Source: a virus
Lineage: Duplodnaviria; Caudoviricetes
DNA: 64,000 bases
Direction: 5' to 3' (one strand)
IMG/VR virus record: IMGVR_UViG_3300009716_000731
Location: 64,001 to 128,000 of that record
A program made the position numbers and the translations under genes. Below are positions 8,093 through 16,234 of the stretch, piece by piece (the stretch's first letter is position 1; each line of letters opens with the position of its first letter). The notes beneath the pieces are model-generated. The model saw only the letters and a list, made by a program, of their open reading frames with translations, did not search any database and was not told the origin of the DNA.

Positions 8093-10303
8093 TTATTTAC
8101 CAAACCAACTATTGTTATTGTTTCTTGATTTGTTTATATATTGTCTTCTAACTTTTAATAATTGACTATAATCTACTGTTTCTGAGTATTCTAAGCTTCT
8201 TAAACACTCATTTACATATGTTTTGAAGTTTGAATCTTTATCCAATAAATCTTCACACATTTCTTTGAAGTCATTCTTATTAAATACTGATGTAGCATTT
8301 ACAATTGTCATAACACAGTCGTCATGTCCAACATCAGCAGCATATCTAGTATTACCAGATGTCGTTGTTTGTTTAACAAAAGTTGTAATTTCTCTAATCG
8401 TTTCTTCATTATTGATAGAAAATCCTTTAGAAATCATCAAATCTTGATAATCTTTAACCATCATATTTTTATTATCCCCAACTTTTAGACCAACTTTTTC
8501 TTCGGTTGCATCAACTCGATGTTTATATCTAAAGAATATAGAAGAACCATAATCATTATTCCCATCAAAAACATGTGGCATCTCTGCTAAAAGAGTATTA
8601 CCATAGTTATTTAACTCTAAAACAATCTTTACATTTTCTGGATTTAAGTAATCATAAGCTAAAACATATAATAATTCAGCTAGCTGTTTAACTGATACTA
8701 AGTTACTTCTAAATAAACCAACTTGCTCTAACCTAAAGAAATCTGTTATTGACTTATATTTCATTTTTTGTTGCTCAATTAGATCAGTTGACTTTTTGAC
8801 AAGCTTAAATATATTTATAATAGAGTAATCTTGTCCTAAACCTTCTGATATATCGACTGAAAGTATAAATTTTTCATTTTTTCTATTGATAGGCATAAAT
8901 AAATCATCATCATCTACCCATCTTAAATCTTTATAACTAAATCTTAATTTACTTTCAAACTCATGCATTTCTTCAAATACATAATTCTTTTTACTATTAA
9001 GTAAGTTTTCAATTATCGCTTCACTTAGTAATGATTTACTTGAGTTTATAAATCTCAAACCATATTCTTGGTTGAATGCATCTTCACCACCAATATCTTT
9101 AATAGCTTCTTCTTTCCAAGTTGTTAGCTCTGCAATAGCTCTAATTGGTGTTTCTAATCCTTTTGAGTCTATGAATGATAAAGATTTTACATCTTCGTCA
9201 GTACATTGTTCATTGTTAAATACAGAAATTACATTTTTTTGTAAATCCATATTAAATCCCATTTTTAATTTAGTTTTATCACCAAAGTAACCATTTACTA
9301 AATCATATATATGTTCTTTTGTTACGCCATATTCATATAATTTATGTTCATTTAATCTTATGTAAGTAACAAAACGACCAGGAACTTGATGCCAATAAAC
9401 CCTCATTGGTTTATAGTTGTTTTTAAGTGGATCACCATCTGGTCTTTCTGCATCGGTTAGTAACTTATGAAATAAGTTCATACCGTTTGGTGTGGAAGTA
9501 ATAATAATTTTTGAGTTTTGTACCGCTGATACTGTTGGAAAAGCAGCAGTATAGTAAGGTTCAATAATATTTGAAGGAATGTGAGCAAACTCATCAAGAT
9601 AAAGTACGTCAATCGTAAAACCGATCGCAGGAGTTTTAGATCTTGCTGATGTTTTTATTCTACAACCATTCTCAAATGTTAGTGATTTTTGATTCCAAGT
9701 TTTAATTCCTGGTTTTAAGAAGAAAGGTAAAAGTGTATAGATTGATTTAATTTTATCAACAATCTCAACTGCTGTATCACCTTTATTCGCCACAATCATT
9801 ATATTTTTATCATTGTTAAATAAGATTGTATGCAACATGAATATTGCTGATGAGATAGTATTGTGTGATAAAATACCATTTGTGAAAAATCTATGATTTT
9901 GATGATCCACAGTTAAGTCAAACATAGAAGACTTAAAACTATCTCTATGTATAGAGATCACTTCTTGTATACCATTTTCTGTTTGTATTAAGTTACCTAT
10001 TGTTAAATTTTTGGTAAATATCTCATTGAATTTTTCATCAAATAGTATATGATTATCCGCACATGATAATTCAAAATCTTTGGTTTTCACTATATAATGT
10101 CTATATGGTTGTGTTATATGTATATTTGATACCTGTTCATAACCAGTATCAGTTTTAACCTTCATGTCCATTGTGGACAGTGAATTTAATATCTTTTTAG
10201 ATATATCATCCTCATTTAGTGATATATCTCTATATTCATATTTTTCTATTAAAAAAATTAACTTCTTAATTGTAAATATTAAGAGTTTTTTAATATTAAA
10301 CAT
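8093..10303 (-). CDS. terL: terminase large subunit, C-terminal part, preceded by C-half of a split intein
   Basis: First 148 aa end in FDLTV...TNGILSHN, then T+1; Walker B LYLDEFAH, ITSTPNG, nuclease SVDISEGLGQDYS, GHDDCVM. Confidence 0.93.
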   Translation of the reverse strand: MFNIKKLLIFTIKKLIFLIEKYEYRDISLNEDDISKKILNSLSTMDMKVKTDTGYEQVSNIHITQPYRHYIVKTKDFELSCADNHILFDEKFNEIFTKNLTIGNLIQTENGIQEVISIHRDSFKSSMFDLTVDHQNHRFFTNGILSHNTISSAIFMLHTILFNNDKNIMIVANKGDTAVEIVDKIKSIYTLLPFFLKPGIKTWNQKSLTFENGCRIKTSARSKTPAIGFTIDVLYLDEFAHIPSNIIEPYYTAAFPTVSAVQNSKIIITSTPNGMNLFHKLLTDAERPDGDPLKNNYKPMRVYWHQVPGRFVTYIRLNEHKLYEYGVTKEHIYDLVNGYFGDKTKLKMGFNMDLQKNVISVFNNEQCTDEDVKSLSFIDSKGLETPIRAIAELTTWKEEAIKDIGGEDAFNQEYGLRFINSSKSLLSEAIIENLLNSKKNYVFEEMHEFESKLRFSYKDLRWVDDDDLFMPINRKNEKFILSVDISEGLGQDYSIINIFKLVKKSTDLIEQQKMKYKSITDFFRLEQVGLFRSNLVSVKQLAELLYVLAYDYLNPENVKIVLELNNYGNTLLAEMPHVFDGNNDYGSSIFFRYKHRVDATEEKVGLKVGDNKNMMVKDYQDLMISKGFSINNEETIREITTFVKQTTTSGNTRYAADVGHDDCVMTIVNATSVFNKNDFKEMCEDLLDKDSNFKTYVNECLRSLEYSETVDYSQLLKVRRQYINKSRNNNNSWFGK
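9860..10303 (-). other. split intein C-fragment (148 aa)
   Basis: Block B-like CADNH, block F FDLTV, block G SHN followed by Thr. Confidence 0.9.
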
Positions 10304-11267
10304 TTTTTAATTGTTTCTTTTTTAGTATAAAATTAACAGTTTTAAGAATTGTTAATTCTTTATTATTGATATATTCTTTTTCACTAATATGTAATACAGT
10401 GTAACCTGATTTTTTAATATTTTCATCTCTTCTTCTTTCTCTTTCTTTATTCTCTGTTGTATTTCTATGATAATAAGTCCCATCAAATTCTAAAATTAGT
10501 TCTAAGCTAGGAATGAAAAAGTCCGGTAATATATATGATTTATTCAGTTTTAGTCTATATTCGTAGTTTTTTTTGCTATCATGTATATTATTATCATTAT
10601 CAAGTTTCGCAAAATATACCTTATCCGTAAACCCAATATTTAATAGTTCTTTATAAATGTTAATAAACAATTCTTGACTTATTTTGCTGTAGTTTACCTT
10701 TTGGTAATTATTTAACCATTTTTCTTGTCTATCCATCCATCTTTTGTATCCATCAACTTCACCATATTTTTTAATACATTTCTCAAGAGTAAATGTTGAT
10801 TGTCTTTCGCTAAGCATTTTCTTAGAAGTTTCTTCATCAAATCCTTTATCTAGATAATATTTTAATGTTGTATTAGAAACCCTATCTTTAATTATATCTT
10901 TTACAAAAGAACTTATATGTTCTTTTGTATTTTCAATTTCTTTATAATTAATAAAATCTTTAGAAAAGGGACTTCTACTTTTTCTTTCTATTTCAGTAGT
11001 GTTATTTTTATGATTAGGATTTTTTTCTCCTTTTATCTTTTCTGAAAACAAGTTCTTGTATTTTTCTGTTTTCATATGTTTTCCTGAATTTTTAGCAGTT
11101 TTTTCTTTATCTGATGATGTCATTATTGGTGCATTTGGATATAGTTTTTTATATTCATCTGTTGTCATATTATTGTGACTAAATTTTAGATGTCTGCCAT
11201 AAATTCTTTTACATTGCTCACCACATATCCTACAAGTTATACTATCAGTTGTATCTTTTATTTCCAT
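10296..11267 (-). mobile_element. free-standing homing endonuclease (Zn finger + Vsr/DUF559-like PD-(D/E)XK domain)
   Basis: CRICG..HLKFSH, KGEKNPNH, PDFFIPSLELILEFDGTYYH; lies between the two terL halves. Confidence 0.8.
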
Positions 11268-11296
11268 AATTTATTTTTTATTTATATATTAAATAT

Positions 11297-11836
11297 TTAT
11301 GGCTTCCTTTCAGGTTGGTTAATGTTTTCTAAATAAAATAAAATATCATATAACTTTATTTTGACTTTTTCTAATAAAGAAAGTTTTCTTTCTTGTTTTA
11401 ATATATAATAATATAGTTTACCTACTCTGAAATCAATTTGAATTCCATTTTTTTCTATACTACATATTGAATTAAATGAAAAACATTTTCCAACTTGCCT
11501 ACTCGCCATTAAGATATTAAATCTATTTTTTACAAAGTTTTCTAGTATTTCTTCTTGATAATCTCTTAGTTGTATATGATCAATTGAACCATCTTCTGTT
11601 TTTACCTTACAGTACTTTTCTGTGAAGTAATCTACGTTTAAGGCACATTTTATATATTCTTCTTGTTCTTCTGGTGACATTCTAAAAGAAACACCAGCTC
11701 TTCTCAAACCTACTTCGGACTTTAACCAAGGGTTCTGAAACCTCTTAATAACTATACCGTCATTGATCTTATCGGTTGCTTCATCAACAAGTCTAGTAGT
11801 AAAGACCATTTGTCTTTCTTGTTCTTGTTTAGCCAT
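11297..11836 (-). CDS. terL: terminase large subunit, N-terminal part, followed by N-half of a split intein
   Basis: LRDYQEE Q-motif, Walker A ASRQVGK directly followed by Cys1 (CFSFNS); start MAKQEQ at 11836. Confidence 0.92.
   Translation of the reverse strand: MAKQEQERQMVFTTRLVDEATDKINDGIVIKRFQNPWLKSEVGLRRAGVSFRMSPEEQEEYIKCALNVDYFTEKYCKVKTEDGSIDHIQLRDYQEEILENFVKNRFNILMASRQVGKCFSFNSICSIEKNGIQIDFRVGKLYYYILKQERKLSLLEKVKIKLYDILFYLENINQPERKP
11300..11485 (-). other. split intein N-fragment (62 aa)
   Basis: Begins with Cys immediately after Walker A lysine. Confidence 0.85.
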
Positions 11837-11905
11837 AGGAGTATTTATTTTTTTATATATATTGTAAAAAACCATCTACATATGTCAAAACAAGAACAAG
11901 AAAGA
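11813..11905. repeat. inverted repeat spanning the terL-N and terS start regions
   Basis: TCTTTCTTGTTCTTGTTT (11813-11830) is the exact reverse complement of AAACAAGAACAAGAAAGA (11888-11905). Confidence 0.9.
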
Positions 11906-12505
11906 ATTAGATTACAAGATGAGTTCGATCAAATACAATCAGAAAACTCTGAATTTGATATATCAAAGCACTTAGCAAGACCTGAGGATTTACCTGATTT
12001 AGGTGAAATTGAGCTTTATGATTACGATGCTGATTTAACTGTTTCGATGCAACAATCAATGGGTGTATTGGAGTCGTTAGTTGATTTATATTTAAGTGAT
12101 ATACCTAAACTTAAAGATCACAATTATATAAAAAATAAAATGCGTGAAGATGCTACTGTTTATGCAGAAGCGCTTTTTTTAGCTAAAATGACTAGAAAAA
12201 ACTTTTTATCACAATTAAAACAAGTTGATAATGGTGATAATGCTGCTAGAATGCACGAGGTTGTCAATCAAACAATTGGTCAGATTAGAGAGAATAGTAA
12301 ATTCCTTTTAACACAAAGAACTGAACTTGAAAAGTTTTATAAGACTTTAAGAAAAGACTTAGGTTATAATGAAATTGAGAATCCAGAAGTTAAGAAAGCA
12401 GAAGAACAACAAAATTCAGAAGAAAGTAATGATGGAATGGTTATGGATAATAGAAAGCTTAATGATTTAATTAAGAACGCTATGGTTAAAAAAGACGAGA
12501 AATAA
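11882..12505 (+). CDS. terS: terminase small subunit (T4 gp16-like)
   Basis: ARMHEVVNQTI resembles gp16 PRxxEV motif; helical; C-terminal DNRKLNDLIK; divergent from terL; ATG at 11882. Confidence 0.7.
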   Translation: MSKQEQERIRLQDEFDQIQSENSEFDISKHLARPEDLPDLGEIELYDYDADLTVSMQQSMGVLESLVDLYLSDIPKLKDHNYIKNKMREDATVYAEALFLAKMTRKNFLSQLKQVDNGDNAARMHEVVNQTIGQIRENSKFLLTQRTELEKFYKTLRKDLGYNEIENPEVKKAEEQQNSEESNDGMVMDNRKLNDLIKNAMVKKDEK

Positions 12506-12506
12506 T

Positions 12507-12617
12507 ATGCCACTACCGCATTATCCCAATCCACAGGGATTTAATTGGAGTCCTAAGTTCAAGAAAATACTTAGAATTAAGAAGATTAAGAGAATTATAG
12601 AGAAACTTGAAAAATAA
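12507..12617 (+). CDS. 36-aa peptide: tail-tube-like N-terminus plus RxxKIxxII tag
   Basis: MPLPHYPNPQGFNWSPKFKKILRIKKIKRIIEKLEK*, starts 1 nt after terS stop; not in ORF track. Confidence 0.6.
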   Translation: MPLPHYPNPQGFNWSPKFKKILRIKKIKRIIEKLEK

Positions 12618-13054
12618 TATTTATGTCAATTAATTTATAGTTTATCAAATTGTCACTTATTATATTTTCAGAGTCCATATCTATATTTATTCTGTTTGTT
12701 CTGGATTGATATCCTACTGTATTGGAAGGAGTTTCACAAAAAAATATCAAGTATAGTATATTCATTATTCATGAATGATATAAATGGTATAAAGTTATCT
12801 CTTATATCAAACCAGTCAAATACTTCAGTTCTGCCTGAAAATATACTTTTATTACCTTTAGTTATTTTTAACTTATAGATATTGCTAGTAATGTTATTTA
12901 TTGATTTAGCCTTTATCTTAGCTTCTGATGTTCCCCAGCTATTAACATCTATGTTAAAATCTTCGTCTATTAAGCTAGCGAGTAAATCACTAAATAATGA
13001 TTGAAGATCTTTTTCAGTTTCTGTATTTTCGTTAAAATTTCTTAAATAAATCAT
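12595..13054 (-). CDS. tagged protein (MIYLRNFNEN), apparently frameshifted in a T7 run near 12741
   Basis: As given stops at 12734; removing one T continues the frame to a stop at 12595; resembles 15067..15567 in layout. Confidence 0.55.
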
Positions 13055-13892
13055 AATGGAAGCTTTCAAATTTTCTAACAATATTTCTCCATTGAAGTTC
13101 AACTTTAGAATCAATGAATATGTTTGCTTTATTGAATGTTACTTGTTTTATAATAATTTCACACTCTTTATCTTTTATTGTGGTTCTTATTTGTTCTTTA
13201 AGTGCTTCTTCGGTATTATTTACTAAGAAGTGAAGAGTATCGTTTGCATTCATTAGCATTTTAACTGTATTAGCATCATCTTCATATAAAGTAACTCCGT
13301 CATATCTTTCTACTTCTTCATTAATAAACTTATTATCTTCTATCTTTAGACCAATTAAAAACTGAAGAAGTAATTTTGTTTTAGCATTTACAATCTCTGC
13401 TTTATCTTTATTATAGAATGTTTCAGAAATAAAGAAATATTTCTTTATAGAAAGACCAAGTTCTTTTATCTTATCTTCAAGTTTTTCAATTATTGGTTCA
13501 TAAGCTTTTTTACTATTCTTTGAACAAATAATAAAAATATCATCTTGTGTATTTTTTAAGTGTCTAATATTTTCAATATGTATTTGATAGTCACCTTTTT
13601 CTATTATTTCTGGATTCATAAACTCTTGCATAGAAAATGCTAAATCCGCAATATTAGCTTTTTTATTTTTACAAGATACCTTTAGATTATTATAAATTTC
13701 TTCACTAATCCAGTAATCGTTACCTGATAATTTAATCTTAATATTAAAGTTTTTATAAACACCTTTCTTAATTAAATTAAACTCATGTTTTGAGATTCTT
13801 AATAATGGCGTATTTGGATTAGTATTTTCTACAATCCAAACTTTACTATTTATTGTAATTAAAGTATTTAAGTCAAAAAAGTGAGCATTCAT
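13032..13892 (-). CDS. hypothetical protein, degenerate HAD-like fold; tag-like motif at C-terminus
   Basis: FFDLNTL, ICSK, LYEDD; ends IVRKFESF. Confidence 0.6.
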   Translation of the reverse strand: MNAHFFDLNTLITINSKVWIVENTNPNTPLLRISKHEFNLIKKGVYKNFNIKIKLSGNDYWISEEIYNNLKVSCKNKKANIADLAFSMQEFMNPEIIEKGDYQIHIENIRHLKNTQDDIFIICSKNSKKAYEPIIEKLEDKIKELGLSIKKYFFISETFYNKDKAEIVNAKTKLLLQFLIGLKIEDNKFINEEVERYDGVTLYEDDANTVKMLMNANDTLHFLVNNTEEALKEQIRTTIKDKECEIIIKQVTFNKANIFIDSKVELQWRNIVRKFESFHYDLFKKF

Positions 13893-13893
13893 T

Positions 13894-14110
13894 TTAATAC
13901 CATTTTTTTATTTTATATGAGAACATTACTGGAGAACCTTGATATGAGTCTTCATTTTCATATTTTTTATCTGTCCAAGTAACTTGTGGAGCATCTCTAA
14001 AGCATTTAGGACACATTTTGGGTGGTAATCCATCAACCATATTTTCTTCTTTATATACAAATGTTGCTTTACACCATACATTAGTACAAACTGATTTTAA
14101 TTCTTCCATA
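13894..14110 (-). CDS. small Zn-ribbon protein
   Basis: CTNVWC...CPKC; likely start MEELK. Confidence 0.65.
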
Positions 14111-14158
14111 TAGTATATATAAAAAAATAAAACCACTTAGTGTGGTTTTATTTTATTT

Positions 14159-14614
14159 TTATCTTACTAAATTTTTACTAAGTGCAAACTCATATAGTGT
14201 TGGTAAATTTAGATATTCTAAAAAGTATTTTCTTATATCATCTAAGTTTTTAGCTCTTTTTATAATATTTACTATTAAGAAACCAAATTCTTCTTGAAAA
14301 TCTAAGTAACAGTCACACCAAGGTGTGTTATAATGTTCTAAAGACTTCCATTCAGCATCACCACCTGTTAGCCAGTATAAGCTTTTTTCTGGTGTTATGC
14401 TATCAATATCAATTTCTCTTAACTCTATATTCCAAATTGGATTTGTTTTATCATATTTTCTTATTAAAATAGAAACCGCTTCTGCTAAATCTGTTGTTAA
14501 TTCCTTACCAATTTCAAAGAACCATTCGTTTCCCTCCCTACTAATTTTTATTTTATTATCATTATAAATTACTTTAGTTCCGATTCTTTCTAGTAAAGTT
14601 TTTTTCTTTCTCAT
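14159..14614 (-). CDS. hypothetical protein
   Basis: ORF track. Confidence 0.65.
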   Translation of the reverse strand: MRKKKTLLERIGTKVIYNDNKIKISREGNEWFFEIGKELTTDLAEAVSILIRKYDKTNPIWNIELREIDIDSITPEKSLYWLTGGDAEWKSLEHYNTPWCDCYLDFQEEFGFLIVNIIKRAKNLDDIRKYFLEYLNLPTLYEFALSKNLVR

Positions 14615-14634
14615 TGTTCTTTGATTATTTTTAT

Positions 14635-14925
14635 TTAGATTGGTTTATTCAAACCGCTCTTCCATTTCCCCTTGAAGGTTCCATTTTCCCAAATACCATT
14701 TTCCCAGTTTCCATAGAACCCACCGTTCTTAAATATACCGTAATGCCAATTACCATACTTAAATATTCCTTCGTGCCAAATTAATGTGTTATGTTTGATT
14801 TCTATAATAGCTGACTCTATTTCTGAGTCGATTAACCAGAATAGTTTATTATCTTTCAAAACTTTTAAGATTTCAGATTTAGTAGTTAAAGACTTATTGT
14901 TATACTTTAATTCTTTTATTCCCAT
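14635..14925 (-). CDS. small WxxG pentapeptide-repeat protein
   Basis: WHEGI FKYGN WHYGI FKNGG...WENGI WENGT. Confidence 0.7.
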   Translation of the reverse strand: MGIKELKYNNKSLTTKSEILKVLKDNKLFWLIDSEIESAIIEIKHNTLIWHEGIFKYGNWHYGIFKNGGFYGNWENGIWENGTFKGKWKSGLNKPI

Positions 14926-15066
14926 TTTGTAATTTATTTTACAGTTATATATATTTTTTAGCTTTGTATAATAATTTTAAGTATCTTAAAAAATTAAGTA
15001 AAAAAACGGATTTTTTATGTTAAATTTTTTCAAAAAAAATAAAAACTGAGTTTAATGCTCGGTTTT

Positions 15067-15567
15067 TTACATAATTTTTATTATAAAGTAAATGCTATCA
15101 ACTTTTTTACTATCTTTTAACTCTTCAAAATCTTCTAATTTTATTTTAGTTATTTCTTTATCTTCTGTAAATTTAATTAGATGCTCAACATCATCATAAG
15201 TTTTCTCAATTAACTGTATAATTAAACTTATAAAGTCTTTTACTTCGGATATTTTTATTGATTCACCATCTTGTCTTGTAATTTTAACTTTATAAATAGT
15301 TTTATATTTACCTCTATTGATATCCTCTTCATCTTTATAAACATCACTTTCATTAAAAATAACATTTATGTTATAAACATCATCATCTGATTTATATCTA
15401 ACATTATTTTTGATAAGTTTAGACATTTCTAAATCTGGGAAATCATCTGATAATTGAGGTTTTAACTCTAAAAGTAAATTAGCTAGATCTAGAACATCTT
15501 GAGTATCAAGATCTTGATCTTCCTTAATTTTACCGGAGAATTTCTCGAATGCTTTTATAATTTTCAT
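15067..15567 (-). CDS. tagged hypothetical protein (MKIIKAFEKF)
   Basis: ORF track; TTATATATA box upstream; terminator 15040-15067 downstream. Confidence 0.7.
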   Translation of the reverse strand: MKIIKAFEKFSGKIKEDQDLDTQDVLDLANLLLELKPQLSDDFPDLEMSKLIKNNVRYKSDDDVYNINVIFNESDVYKDEEDINRGKYKTIYKVKITRQDGESIKISEVKDFISLIIQLIEKTYDDVEHLIKFTEDKEITKIKLEDFEELKDSKKVDSIYFIIKIM

Positions 15568-15595
15568 ATAGTATATATAAAAAAAGCAGAGTTAA

Positions 15596-16141
15596 TTACT
15601 CTGCTAATTTATCTAAAAATTCTTTTTCTTCTTTTGTTAGTGAATTAATACCACTCTCATTTATTTTATCTAATATACTATCTAAATCTAAAGTATCTAA
15701 AGTTTGCGTCTCACTTTGTATTTTATTTTGAAAATTATTTTTCATATAAAAAGTGTCATTCTCTACTACTATATTATTTTCTATGAATCTATCTAGGCTT
15801 TCCAATCTTATTGTAGGAAATCCATTAACAAATCTTAAGTATTTAGCACAAGTTAAAAGATCTTTTTTAATCTTTTTTGGTTTTACTGGTTCCATCTTTG
15901 TAAGCATTTTTAGTTCTTTGGAGGTATAACCTTTTACTCCATTACCTTGTACAAGTATAATGTCTTTGTTTCCGTAAAATAACACTCTTCCGGTTTTAGT
16001 CTCTACCCATAAATAATCAGTAACATCTTTCATCCCATAAAGAATGCCAAAATCTAAACCATATTCAAGTGATATTGAAAATAGTTGTAAATCATTTACA
16101 CGAAAACTAATACATATAATGTCTTTTGCGTTATAAGCCAT
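15596..16141 (-). CDS. hypothetical protein with C-terminal DUF6576-like motif
   Basis: Ends LDSILDKINESGINSLTKEEKEFLD; near-consensus host-type promoter upstream (TTG-N20-TACTTTTA). Confidence 0.7.
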   Translation of the reverse strand: MAYNAKDIICISFRVNDLQLFSISLEYGLDFGILYGMKDVTDYLWVETKTGRVLFYGNKDIILVQGNGVKGYTSKELKMLTKMEPVKPKKIKKDLLTCAKYLRFVNGFPTIRLESLDRFIENNIVVENDTFYMKNNFQNKIQSETQTLDTLDLDSILDKINESGINSLTKEEKEFLDKLAE

Positions 16142-16234
16142 AATTCTATTTTTTGTAAAAGTAGTATATTTTTCTTAATTGTACAAAAATGATAATCATT
16201 ATTTTTATATATATACTAAAAATTTTTTTTAATA

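Noticed and set aside
10296-11296. Group I intron interrupting terL
   Set aside because: No non-coding space for a ribozyme core (29-bp gap on one side, overlap on the other); split-intein motifs explain the layout
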